Source: an uncultured Acidobacteriota bacterium (GTDB lineage Bacteria; Acidobacteriota; Thermoanaerobaculia; Multivoradales; UBA5704). From it: DNA of 64,000 nucleotides. The translations under genes were made by a program, and so were the position numbers. Of this stretch, positions 48,132 to 57,356 are shown piece after piece (position 1 is the stretch's first letter; every line of letters starts with the position of its first letter). Where the stretch lies: contig CAVYRF010000001.1 of NCBI GenBank assembly GCA_963770895.1, positions 800,001 to 864,000 on the forward strand, written 5' to 3'. The notes under the pieces were generated by a model that ran no database searches, was not told where the DNA came from, and saw nothing but the letters and a program-made list of their open reading frames with translations.

Positions 48132-48291
48132 GAGCTGACCGCAGGCGTTTGCGTGGGCGTGTTCGCCTCCCAGGGGGCCGCGCCAAGACGGCGCCCGATG
48201 TCGCAATTGTGCTTGAGCTATTGTTTTATTATACCATCAAGGCTCTACCAGCGACGATCGATCTTCTCGGGATCACCAGGGACGGGCTTCA

Positions 48292-50046
48292 ATGAAGTTC
48301 GCCAAGACGACACAGCTTTTCGCGCTGGGCCTGCTGGTGGCGTGGGCGCCGTCGCGCGCCCAGGCTCTGGCTGACGCTGGCGCCGTCCCCCCCTGGGCTG
48401 TGGAGAGCCCGGGCGCGGCGGGCGCCCCGCTTGCCGTCGGCCTCGACTTCGCCACCGCTCGGGACGCCGGCCTGCACATCTCCGCACAGTCGAGCGTCGT
48501 CACGTTGCAGGACCTGGCCACCGGGACCACCCAGACGTACACCGTCCCCGGCGACCCCGCTCTGCTCAATCGCAAGTTTTCGATCCGCATCAGCTCGACG
48601 GGGGAGGGCGCCCAGCTGCCCATCGCCCTGCCCAAAATCCCCCTGGCAGGTGTGGGGATCTACCCCAGCCTGATTCTCCAAGGGGCGTCGAACGATCTGT
48701 CGCTCGGCTTCACCGACCGGCCGGAGCCGGCGGACAGCACCGCGCTCGCTGGACGCGCGGCGGTCTACGGAATCGGCGTGGCGCTGGCGGCGCCGCTATG
48801 CCGCGGTTGCCCCTGGTTCGCCACGGTCGGCTACCGCGTCAGTCTGCTGCCGGGTCTCACCGGCCAGCGCTCTCCCGGCTTCGACGCACCCGGTTTCGCG
48901 GTGCTGCAAAACCGCTCCGAGTTCCGCCTGCGCGCCGACCAGGGGCTGCTGCGCATCGGGCGCGGCCTGCCGGGAGGCCGCGCCGCGGTGTATCTCGGGC
49001 TGCTGCGCGGCCGCGAGCTGGTGACGGACGATGACGTGCTGCAGCTCGGCAGCTCACAGGTCGGCCAGCAGATGCTGATCAGCTCGCGCACGCGCTTCGC
49101 GGCGGAGACGACCGCGGGTCTTGCCGGTGTCGAATCCCGCCTGGTGGGCCCCCTGATGCTGCGCCTCGAAACGGTTTTCGGCAGTGGGCAATCTGGCGCC
49201 GCGCTCAAGCTTGCATGGCTCGACCTGCCGAAACCAGGACACCAGGCGGGCGCGCCGCCGGGCGGCCCGGCAGGTGGCGGCGTGGGTGGTGGTCCGCTGC
49301 CGGGCCGCCAGGACGCGGTGCAGGACAGGATCGCGGTCCGTATCCTGCCGCGGTTGCAGGAGATCCGCGGCGAGCTGGCGCGGCGCCTGGCCCGCCTGCC
49401 GCCCGGCCCGGCCGGGCCCGCGCTCGTAGCGGCCGCGGCGGTGGCTCAGCTGCTTGACGACATCGAGCAGGAACTGCTCCAGACGCTGGCGGCACCGGAG
49501 CTGCTGGCGCTCCGCGGCTCCGTGCAGGATCTGTTCCGGCGCGCCCGCCTGGACCTCAGCCTGGCGTCGTCGGCAAAGATCGGCCCGGCGCCGTCGACTC
49601 CCGTTCCGGCCTCCTACCGCCGGGCGCCGCCGCCGGCCGGCAGAGGCCTGGACGCGCAAAAGACAGCCTTCTGGTTTTGCAAGATCGATGCGCTCGTCGC
49701 GACGATCGAAACCTGGGCGCGGAAGCGCGAGCTCCAGTTCGACCTGGCCGTCGAAAGCGAACCCGATCACGCCCGCTTCTCCATGGTTCCCTACAGCTAC
49801 CGCGGGCACCCTGCCGAGACCTATCGCACGGACGGCGCCCAGACGGTCATCGAAGGTGTCTGGCGGGGCCGCTACGAATACACGGTGGCTCTCGGCAAGG
49901 ATTTCAGTCCAGGCCAAGGCGAGCTGGACCTGGTGCAAGGCTCGCCGCGCCGCCTCCTCTGTCACCTGGCGCCCAGCGCCGCCGCTGACGACACGTCGTC
50001 GTGCGATCCGCGAGGGCGGGAGACGGAAGAGGAGTGCAAGCGATGA
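48292..50046 (+). CDS. Secreted hypothetical protein: beta-barrel-like N-half, helical linker, PEGA-like C-terminal domain
   Basis: Signal peptide; alternating hydrophobic strands up to ..LKLAW; LAVESEPDHA..GRYEYTV. Confidence 0.6.
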   Translation: MKFAKTTQLFALGLLVAWAPSRAQALADAGAVPPWAVESPGAAGAPLAVGLDFATARDAGLHISAQSSVVTLQDLATGTTQTYTVPGDPALLNRKFSIRISSTGEGAQLPIALPKIPLAGVGIYPSLILQGASNDLSLGFTDRPEPADSTALAGRAAVYGIGVALAAPLCRGCPWFATVGYRVSLLPGLTGQRSPGFDAPGFAVLQNRSEFRLRADQGLLRIGRGLPGGRAAVYLGLLRGRELVTDDDVLQLGSSQVGQQMLISSRTRFAAETTAGLAGVESRLVGPLMLRLETVFGSGQSGAALKLAWLDLPKPGHQAGAPPGGPAGGGVGGGPLPGRQDAVQDRIAVRILPRLQEIRGELARRLARLPPGPAGPALVAAAAVAQLLDDIEQELLQTLAAPELLALRGSVQDLFRRARLDLSLASSAKIGPAPSTPVPASYRRAPPPAGRGLDAQKTAFWFCKIDALVATIETWARKRELQFDLAVESEPDHARFSMVPYSYRGHPAETYRTDGAQTVIEGVWRGRYEYTVALGKDFSPGQGELDLVQGSPRRLLCHLAPSAAADDTSSCDPRGRETEEECKR

Positions 50047-51257
50047 GCGCGGTCAGCTTTCCCGGCGCTCCCTTCGCTCTGGCGGGCCGCTACGTTCGCT
50101 TCGTCACCGGATTCAGCGTCGGCGTCGGCATTGGGCTGGCCTTCTACCTGGGCAAGATCCACGTGCCGGGCTTCGCCGCCCTGCTGGAGGTCATTCCTTT
50201 CCAGCTGCGAGACGCCCTGATCCCGCTCTCCACCTTCCTGGTGGGTTTGATCGCCGTGTTCGTGCAGTTCTACGCCGGCGAGGCCATGAAGGCGGGCCGC
50301 ATCCGATCGCTTTTCGCTGCCGGCATGGCCACCGTGGTGACGGGATTCATCCTGTTTACGCTGCTCGGCGCCCTGTTCGTCACCAGGCAGAGGTTCGGCG
50401 CGCAGACCGTCGGCGTGGTCACCGCCGCCACGCGCCTGCCAGGCTGTGAGTGCGGCCCGGAAAGCAAGGTCAACGACAAGGCCTGCATCCAGCAGCTATC
50501 CCTGGCCGAGGATGCCCTGGCCAGCTGCTGGGGAGGCCGCTCGCTGCAGCTCAGGGAGCTGTCGCTGTCCCTGACCTACCTGCTCCTCATCGGCGGCTTC
50601 GCCTGGCTGGTGGGGCTGCTCCTGCTCCGCGACGAGGCCCGGCGGCGGCGGCCACGACTCGCGGCCGGCGCGGCGCACGCCGGGCAGATGGATCACTTTC
50701 CAGAGGTTGCCCTGGATCCATCTCCGAGCGTTGCCAGCAAGATCATCGCTGCAATGCGGCCAAAGGTGTTTGTGAGCTATAGCCACGTGGATGAAGAGTG
50801 GAAACAGCGCCTCGCCGGTCACCTCCGGGTCCTGGATCTGGAGGGTTTGCTCGAGGTCTGGGACGACGGGCGGATCGGCGCCGGAAGCTCTTGGGAAGCC
50901 GACATCCGAACGGCCATGAGCCAGGCGCGAGTGGCCGTCCTGCTGGTGTCCAAGGACTTCCTGACCTCCGCCTTCGTGAGGTCTGTCGAAGCGCCGTTCC
51001 TCCTTGAGCAGCGTGGCAGAGGCGCGCTCACGATCGTGCCGGTCATCGTCCATTCCTGCCCGTGGCAGAGCGTCGCATGGCTCGCGTCCTTGGAGGTGCG
51101 GCCTCGCGGTGGCGAGCCCCTCTCTTCCTATCGCGGCGACCGCGTCGACCGAGAGCTGACGACGATCGCGGAGGAGATTCGCGACCTTCTCCGGCCGGGC
51201 GAGCTGCCGCTCTCCGCCAACGGGCATCAGGGACCTTCGGCGGCTTCGCACGCTTGA
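50043..51257 (+). CDS. 4TM membrane protein with C-terminal TIR domain
   Basis: VFVSYSHVD..W..L, VWDD.RI.AG..W, VLLVSKDFLTS.F...E, IVPVI; ATGA overlap with the upstream gene. Confidence 0.85.
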   Translation: MSAVSFPGAPFALAGRYVRFVTGFSVGVGIGLAFYLGKIHVPGFAALLEVIPFQLRDALIPLSTFLVGLIAVFVQFYAGEAMKAGRIRSLFAAGMATVVTGFILFTLLGALFVTRQRFGAQTVGVVTAATRLPGCECGPESKVNDKACIQQLSLAEDALASCWGGRSLQLRELSLSLTYLLLIGGFAWLVGLLLLRDEARRRRPRLAAGAAHAGQMDHFPEVALDPSPSVASKIIAAMRPKVFVSYSHVDEEWKQRLAGHLRVLDLEGLLEVWDDGRIGAGSSWEADIRTAMSQARVAVLLVSKDFLTSAFVRSVEAPFLLEQRGRGALTIVPVIVHSCPWQSVAWLASLEVRPRGGEPLSSYRGDRVDRELTTIAEEIRDLLRPGELPLSANGHQGPSAASHA

Positions 51258-51384
51258 TCCCGGCAGCGCCACCGGCGCGCGGCCTTGGCGCCGCGGCCGG
51301 TCACGCTCTGCGCGCCAGGCGCACCCTGTTTTATGAAGCGCCGATCGAGCCGCCGGGCGGCCGGCGCCGTCAGTGGGTGGGCGC

Positions 51385-52413
51385 ATGATCCTGATCCTCA
51401 GCCAGGCGACACAGGAAGCGACGACCGATTTCGTCATGGACTGGCTGGAGTGCCTGGGGGCGCCCTGCACGCGGCTCAACGCGGAAGACCTGGACCCGCA
51501 ATCCGCGTTCTCGTACCGGCTCACGCGGGCGGGTGCCCAGGTCGCCTTGACCAGCCGCGCCGGGGAGAGCTGGTCCCTGCCGCTCGACCAGGTGCGCGCC
51601 GTCTGGCACCGGCGTTGGCCGCGCCAGCGCTATCAGGGCGAAGGCGCGATGATCGACGCGCGCCTCGGGATCGCCGAGCAGGCGCGCCTGCGGTTGGTGC
51701 AGCACCTCAACCTGGAGCTGCGCAAGCTCGGCGAGGCCGTCCTGGAACGCCTTCGCGGCCGGCCGTGGCTGAGCGACCCCGGCACGGCGAGCCCCAACAA
51801 GCTGCTGGTGCTCGAGCGCGCCGCGGCCGCCGGCCTGGACATCCCGGCCACCCTGGTGACCACGCGCCGCGACGATCTGGCGCGCTTCGCCGCCGACTGT
51901 GGGCCGCTCATCACCAAGCCGATCGGCGAGGCGGCCGGGATCTTTCTCGACCAGCGGATCCACTCCCTGCACACGCTGGCCGTCGAACCCGAGCAGATCG
52001 CGGCGCTGCCCCAGGTCTTTCCCGCCTCGCTCTTCCAGGAGCTCCTGGCGAAGCGCTACGAGCTGCGGGTCTTCTACCTGGCGGGCGAGTGCCATGCCAT
52101 GGCCATCTTCTCGCAGCGCGACGAGCAGACGCGGATCGACTTCCGGCGTTACAACCACGCGCGCCCGAACCGCACCGTGCCCTACCGCCTGCCGGCAGCG
52201 GTCGCGGCCAGGATCGACGCTTTGATGCGCGACCTCGGCCTCGAAACCGGCTCGCTCGACCTGGTGAAGACCCTCGACGGGCGCACGGTCTTCCTGGAGG
52301 TGAACCCGGTCGGCCAGTTCACCATGGTGTCCCGGCCCTGCAACTACCAGCTGGAGCGCCGGGTGGCCCAGGTCCTGATCCAGAAAGCGGCGGGTGGTGA
52401 TGGAGCCGCCTGA
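51385..52413 (+). CDS. gwsG: Grasp-with-SPASM system ATP-grasp peptide maturase
   Basis: MILILSQ..E.TTD.V.DWL, NKLLVL, ITKPI, FQE..K.YELRVFY, AIFSQ...IDFR.Y, FLEVNPVGQF. Confidence 0.88.
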   Translation: MILILSQATQEATTDFVMDWLECLGAPCTRLNAEDLDPQSAFSYRLTRAGAQVALTSRAGESWSLPLDQVRAVWHRRWPRQRYQGEGAMIDARLGIAEQARLRLVQHLNLELRKLGEAVLERLRGRPWLSDPGTASPNKLLVLERAAAAGLDIPATLVTTRRDDLARFAADCGPLITKPIGEAAGIFLDQRIHSLHTLAVEPEQIAALPQVFPASLFQELLAKRYELRVFYLAGECHAMAIFSQRDEQTRIDFRRYNHARPNRTVPYRLPAAVAARIDALMRDLGLETGSLDLVKTLDGRTVFLEVNPVGQFTMVSRPCNYQLERRVAQVLIQKAAGGDGAA

Positions 52414-52606
52414 GTCGCTCTTCGCAAGCCTCACCGAGGAGGGCAAGGAGCGGGTGCCGGTCGATATCCGCTGGCTGCCGCCCGGCGAGCCGGCGGGGGA
52501 CGTCCCTGCGCGTACCGCCCACAGCACCTTCCACCGCTCGCGCGGCTACCTGTGCCATGACTACCACAAGCCCATCTCCCGGTGCTTCCCTGAGCGCCGG
52601 CGCTGA
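52400..52606 (+). CDS. Small ORF embedded in the grasp-with-SPASM operon
   Basis: Overlaps both neighbours; GC3-biased codons; ends DYHKPISRCF. Confidence 0.55.
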   Translation: MEPPESLFASLTEEGKERVPVDIRWLPPGEPAGDVPARTAHSTFHRSRGYLCHDYHKPISRCFPERRR

Positions 52607-53648
52607 GCCGGTGTTCCGGCTGTACGCCTGCTGCGTGCCGGTGCGCGGGGCGCGGCGCAGCGTCGTCTGCGATCTCGGCCGCCAGACCTATCGCTTTATT
52701 CCCAACGGGCTGTTCGACATCCTGACCGAGCATCGCGACAAGACCCTGGCGGCGATCAAGCTGCATTTCGATCACCAGGACGACCGACAGATCGACAGTT
52801 ACTTCGCCATGCTGCTCGACGAAGAGCTGGGCTTCTGGTGCGACGAACCCGAAGCGTTTCCGCCGCTCGACCTCACCTGGCAAGCCCCCGAACGCATCAC
52901 CAACGCCATCCTGGACATCGACCAGCGGTCGGCGCACGACTACGCGGCGATCCTCGCGCAGCTCGACGACCTCGGGTGCAAGGCGCTCCAGGTGCGCTGC
53001 TTCACCGTCCTGGACGAGGCGGCGGTCGAGCGCCTGCTGGCGCCGACGACGCACGGCCGCCTGCGCTCGATCGAGCTGCTGCTGCCGCACGCTCCGGGCC
53101 TCACCGGCCAGGCGCTGGCGGAGATCTGCGGGCGCCACCCGCGCATCTGCCGGATCACCGTCCATTCGGCGCCGGGCGACGACAGCCGGCAGCTGCCGGG
53201 CACCACCGTCACCATCGAGCACCGCCGCGAGGTGATCGATTCGCCGGCCTGCTGCGGCTGCGTGCACGCCAGCTGGTTTGCATCCAATATCGACACCTTC
53301 GTCGAGGCCCAGCAGCACAACAGCTGTCTCAACCGCAAGCTCGCCGTGGACGCGCGCGGCGAGATCAGGAACTGCCCCTCGCTCGGCCGCTCCTTCGGCA
53401 ACGTGCGCGAGGTGTCGCTGCACGCCGCCGTCGCGCACCGCGATTTCGCGGCGCTATGGAAGATCAACAAAGACCAGATCGAAGTCTGCCGCGACTGTGA
53501 GTTCCGCTACATGTGCGTCGACTGCCGCGCCTACCTGAGCCGCCCCGACGACCGGTACTCCAAGCCGGCGAAGTGCGGCTACGACCCCTACACCGCCCGC
53601 TGGCAGGGCATCACCGGGCAGGAGAGTGGCGTTCCTGCCTCATCCTGA
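52557..53648 (+). CDS. gwsS: Grasp-with-SPASM system SPASM-domain maturase
   Basis: FRLYACC.PV.G..RS..CDL.R; SCLNRK..D..G.I.NCPS; CRDCEFRYMCVDCR; KCGYDPY; no CxxxCxxC; start may be GTG 52611. Confidence 0.88.
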   Translation: MTTTSPSPGASLSAGAEPVFRLYACCVPVRGARRSVVCDLGRQTYRFIPNGLFDILTEHRDKTLAAIKLHFDHQDDRQIDSYFAMLLDEELGFWCDEPEAFPPLDLTWQAPERITNAILDIDQRSAHDYAAILAQLDDLGCKALQVRCFTVLDEAAVERLLAPTTHGRLRSIELLLPHAPGLTGQALAEICGRHPRICRITVHSAPGDDSRQLPGTTVTIEHRREVIDSPACCGCVHASWFASNIDTFVEAQQHNSCLNRKLAVDARGEIRNCPSLGRSFGNVREVSLHAAVAHRDFAALWKINKDQIEVCRDCEFRYMCVDCRAYLSRPDDRYSKPAKCGYDPYTARWQGITGQESGVPASS

Positions 53649-53676
53649 GAACCGTACACCAACCGGAGAAACGATC

Positions 53677-53835
53677 ATGGAAAAGAAGCCCCTGGAAAGC
53701 CTCGACAACGACCTCTTCAAGACCGTCCCCGAGCACGAGCTGGGACGTGTGGCGGCCGGCTACATCGTCAGTTCCGGCGGCAGCTACGAACACACCGTCA
53801 TCCACGGTGTCGTCGACGTCGAATACGAAGATTAA
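53677..53835 (+). CDS. Putative graspetide-type RiPP precursor
   Basis: GGAG RBS; MEKKPLESLDNDLFK..ELGRVAAG followed by core YIVSSGGSYEHTVIHGVVDVEYED. Confidence 0.75.
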   Translation: MEKKPLESLDNDLFKTVPEHELGRVAAGYIVSSGGSYEHTVIHGVVDVEYED

Positions 53836-53883
53836 CCGGCCGCAGGCAACCTGACCGGCGCCGCTCGCGCCGGCTCTTCTCCA

Positions 53884-53917
53884 GCGCGGGAGCGGTCCGC
53901 CACGGCCGCTCCCGCGC
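53884..53917. terminator. Hairpin between the convergent precursor and amtB genes
   Basis: GCGCGGGAGCGG / CCGCTCCCGCGC. Confidence 0.55.
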
Positions 53918-53926
53918 CGTTCCGGC

Positions 53927-55174
53927 TCAAATCGGCTCCGGGTAGGCGATCTCGCCGTGGAGGGCGCTGTCGAGGCCGACGACCTCGTCCTGGGCGCCGA
54001 CCCTGACCGGCGTGATCTTGTCGATCAGCCAGAGCATCCCCAGGGTGAAGCCGAAGGCCCAGACCGACGAGATCGCCACGGCGCCCAGCTCGACCAGGAA
54101 GAAGTGCGAGTTGCCGCGCAGCAGACCGTCGACGCCGGCCGGGTTGAACGCCGTCGTCGCGAAGACGCCGCACAGGACGATGCCCAGGAAGCCGCCGACT
54201 CCGTGGACGCCCCAGACGTCCAGCGCGTCGTCCCACCCCAGCCGGTTCTTGAGCGCCACGGCGTAGAAGCAGACGCCGCCCGCGATCAGCCCGATCAGGC
54301 AGGCTGCCGCCGGCGAGACGTAGCCGGCGGCCGGGGTGATGGTGGCCAGTCCCGCCACGGCGCCGGTCAGCAGGCCGAGGAAGCGGGGCCGCTTGCCGGT
54401 CAGCCAGTCGATGCCGAGCCAGGCGACCGCCGCGAAGCTGGCGGCAAGGTCGGTGTTGAGAAACGCCACCGCGGTCACCGAGTCGACGCGGAACTCGCTG
54501 CCGGCGTTGAAGCCGTACCAGCCGAACCACAGCAGGCCCGTGCCGAGCGCGACCAATGGAATCGAGTGCGGCTCGCGATCCTCCACGTGGCGTTTGCCGA
54601 CGAAGAGCACCGACGCCAGCGCCGCGATCCCCGCGATGTTGTGGACCACGATGCCGCCGGCGAAGTCGAGCACTCCCCAGCGCGCCAGCAGTCCGCCGCC
54701 CCAGATCATGTGGACAAACGGGAAATAGACGAACAGCAGCCAGCAGGTCAGAAACAGCGTGTAGGCCTTGAACGTCACCCGGTTGGTGAACGCGCCGGTG
54801 ATCAGCGCCGGCGTGATGATCGCGAACATCATCTGGTAGGCGCAGAACACGAACATCGGGATCGTCGGATTGATCGGCGACGGAGTATCGAGAGTGATGC
54901 CGCGCAGGAACATCCAGTGGAAGTTACCGATCACGCCGCCCAGGTCGGTGCCGCTCTTGAGATCGCCGCTGAAGCACATCGAGAAGCCGCACAGCCACCA
55001 CAGCATCGTCGTCCACCCCATCGAGACGAAGCTTTGGATCATGATGGCCAGGACGTTCTTGCGGCCGACCAGGCCGCCGTAGAAGAACGCGAGGCCCGGC
55101 GTCATCAGCATGACCAGGCTGCTGCACAGCAGCATGAAGGCGGTATTTCCGGTGTCGAGCGCCAGGTGGGGCAT
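53927..55174 (-). CDS. amtB: Ammonium transporter
   Basis: MTPGLAFFYGGLV, DFAGGIVVH, LLWFGWYGFNAGS, DDALDVWGVHGVGG. Confidence 0.95.
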   Translation of the reverse strand: MPHLALDTGNTAFMLLCSSLVMLMTPGLAFFYGGLVGRKNVLAIMIQSFVSMGWTTMLWWLCGFSMCFSGDLKSGTDLGGVIGNFHWMFLRGITLDTPSPINPTIPMFVFCAYQMMFAIITPALITGAFTNRVTFKAYTLFLTCWLLFVYFPFVHMIWGGGLLARWGVLDFAGGIVVHNIAGIAALASVLFVGKRHVEDREPHSIPLVALGTGLLWFGWYGFNAGSEFRVDSVTAVAFLNTDLAASFAAVAWLGIDWLTGKRPRFLGLLTGAVAGLATITPAAGYVSPAAACLIGLIAGGVCFYAVALKNRLGWDDALDVWGVHGVGGFLGIVLCGVFATTAFNPAGVDGLLRGNSHFFLVELGAVAISSVWAFGFTLGMLWLIDKITPVRVGAQDEVVGLDSALHGEIAYPEPI

Positions 55175-55317
55175 CGGACTCCTCCGCAGATTGTTGGTTG
55201 GGACCCGCGATCTGGCTGCAACCTATCCCACTTCCGATGCGCCGCCAAGCGAACGGGCGCCGCCCGCTATTGCCCGCCGCGGCTTTGACCGGGCAGGCGC
55301 TCGCCAGCCCGGCCCGC

Positions 55318-56679
55318 TCAGGCCAGGGGCGGCGGCTTGTGCTTCGGCGCATCCGGCGTGCTCGGCGGCGGCGTGCTCTTCGGCGCGGCGGTCGGCTTCG
55401 GTGGCGACTTGGCCGGCGATCCGTTTTGGGATGCCTTGCCCGAGCCGGAGCTGCCCTCGGATGCCGGCGGCTTGCTGGATGCGGAGCTCTCCTGCGGCGG
55501 CTTGCTGGCAGCTGCCTTTTCCTGGGCCGGTTTGCCGGCGCCGGTGTTGCCCTGGGACGGCTTGGTCGAGCGAGCAGTGGCCTGGGGCTGGGGCTGCCTG
55601 GTCGTAGCCGCATTGCCTTGCGGCAGCTTGCCGGATCGGGCGTTGCCGCTGGAACCGTTCGTGCGGCTGGCATTGAAGTCGCCTCTGGACGTGGTATCGC
55701 TACGGCCGGAGGCGCCGCCGCTCGCACCACCCAGGTGACTGGGCGCCGGGACGACGGGGGGGTAGAACTTGCTTTGCGACACGGTCGCAAAGGAGCGGCT
55801 GCCATGTTGCACGGCCACCTGGTCGTGAAGGGCTCTGCCAAACTCGCCGGGCAGGGCCTGCGAAGCGCGGGCGATCACCGCCGGCTGGTAGAAGGCGCCG
55901 TGCCCACCCAGCGGGCCGGCCCCTGCAAGAGAAGCGACGGGCACCGGGGTGACCGGCCGCCCGGTGACCTGCGCGACGGTCTGCGCGCTGACGCCGACGT
56001 TGACGATGTGGTGGTTGACCACCGTGTAGCCGGTGACGTTGCCAGCACGACGGTAGATCGCCTCGTTCTGCCCCGGTGCCAGGATCAAGCCGCCGAGGCG
56101 GGGAGCCAGAATGTCGCGCTCGCCGACGAACATGAAAGAGTCCGGACTGATGACCACACCGCCGAAGGCCAATCCGCCGTCGAACGAAAATCCGACGGTC
56201 GGCGGCAGAGGCGCCCATCCCATGTACCCCCCGCCGGCCCTCCAGGCGACCCACGCCGGCGCCCAGGTGTAACCCGGCACCCACGCCCACCCCGCCTGGC
56301 TGTCATGGAACCAGCGGCCGTAGTGAAAGGCCGCCCAACCCCAGGGCTCGTGGGCCACCCACGCCCAACCCTGATCGGTGTACACCCAGTGGCCGGTGCT
56401 GTAGGGGCGCCAGTCGGACTCGACGCGCGGCACCCAGATCATGCCGTACCCCTCGCGCACCACCCACTGGCCGTAGGGGAATAGCTCCTGGTGGAAATAG
56501 TCGATGCCGGCGGCGACCGGATCGCCCGGCGCGGCGCCATCGGCGCTCTGCGGCTGGTCGTAACCAGGCTGGGCGGCACCACCCTCCCCATTTGCGGGAT
56601 ACGACGGCCCCTGAGCAAAGCCCACGGCCGCGGCGACAAGGCTGCCTGCCACGAGCAGCAGCAAAACCCCTCTGGTCAT
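55318..56679 (-). CDS. Secreted DUF6600-like Trp-rich protein with low-complexity tail
   Basis: PYGQWV..YG..WVP..WRPY..GHW..WGW..FHYGRW..WAPAWV.W..GWAPLPP. Confidence 0.82.
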   Translation of the reverse strand: MTRGVLLLLVAGSLVAAAVGFAQGPSYPANGEGGAAQPGYDQPQSADGAAPGDPVAAGIDYFHQELFPYGQWVVREGYGMIWVPRVESDWRPYSTGHWVYTDQGWAWVAHEPWGWAAFHYGRWFHDSQAGWAWVPGYTWAPAWVAWRAGGGYMGWAPLPPTVGFSFDGGLAFGGVVISPDSFMFVGERDILAPRLGGLILAPGQNEAIYRRAGNVTGYTVVNHHIVNVGVSAQTVAQVTGRPVTPVPVASLAGAGPLGGHGAFYQPAVIARASQALPGEFGRALHDQVAVQHGSRSFATVSQSKFYPPVVPAPSHLGGASGGASGRSDTTSRGDFNASRTNGSSGNARSGKLPQGNAATTRQPQPQATARSTKPSQGNTGAGKPAQEKAAASKPPQESSASSKPPASEGSSGSGKASQNGSPAKSPPKPTAAPKSTPPPSTPDAPKHKPPPLA

Positions 56680-56739
56680 GGTTCACGTCCTCCACAGAGC
56701 CGCGCACACGAAGAGCTTCCGACGGACCGCATGGTCCGC

Positions 56740-56754
56740 GCACGGAGCGTGCCA
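56740..56754 (-). promoter_or_regulatory. Putative sigma54 -24/-12 promoter of the DUF6600-like gene
   Basis: Minus strand TGGCACGCTCCGTGC. Confidence 0.6.
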
Positions 56755-56890
56755 GGAATCGATGATCCCTTTATAAGCGAAACAGGGGCGACGGTCAATC
56801 GGCTGGCAGCCGCTAATTTATGAATTTAACGTATATTATTGTATGCCTTGTCGGAGAATGATCTCCGCCGAGCTCTCGGAGGAACGCATC

Positions 56891-57088
56891 ATGCGCAACC
56901 TATTCCGCGGTGTGGCGCTGGTCGCCATTCTCTTATCGGCCCTCGCGGGTGGATCGGTGGCCGCCAGCAGCCCATCCGCACCGGCGAGAGCGTGCGTTGG
57001 GGGAGGACACTGTTCTCTTAGCGGCCAGTCATGCATCACCACCTGCCCTGCCTATATGGGCAAATCGCAGCACTGCGTCTGTTCCTGA
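56891..57088 (+). CDS. Secreted 6-Cys miniprotein (defensin/knottin-like spacing)
   Basis: GGAGGA RBS, signal peptide, CVGGGHCSLSGQSCITTCPAYMGKSQHCVCS. Confidence 0.7.
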   Translation: MRNLFRGVALVAILLSALAGGSVAASSPSAPARACVGGGHCSLSGQSCITTCPAYMGKSQHCVCS

Positions 57089-57100
57089 TGCAAGGACACC

Positions 57101-57135
57101 GGCGGGGAGCTGCGGCTCCTCCTGCAGCTCCCGCC
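57101..57135. terminator. Hairpin downstream of the miniprotein gene
   Basis: GGCGGGGAGCTGC / GCAGCTCCCGCC. Confidence 0.45.
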
Positions 57136-57356
57136 AACATCTGCGCGGAATCGGCGTTCGGTATCAACGACGATCCGCGGCCCGATTCCCCCTCACTCTC
57201 GAGCTAACGGCCGGCGATGTGGATGAGGCGCGGCGCGGCCCTCCACATCGCAACCCACCACCGACCCGCGCCGCGGCCGCGGGGCACCTGCGCGGTGGCC
57301 GTGCGCGCCGCCGCGGTACAATGTGGCCCTCGCAACGACCTGGGAGAGGCGCCGTC

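Noticed and set aside
52557-53648. Radical SAM enzyme call for the SPASM protein
   Set aside because: Lacks the CxxxCxxC motif; only SPASM-type cysteines are present
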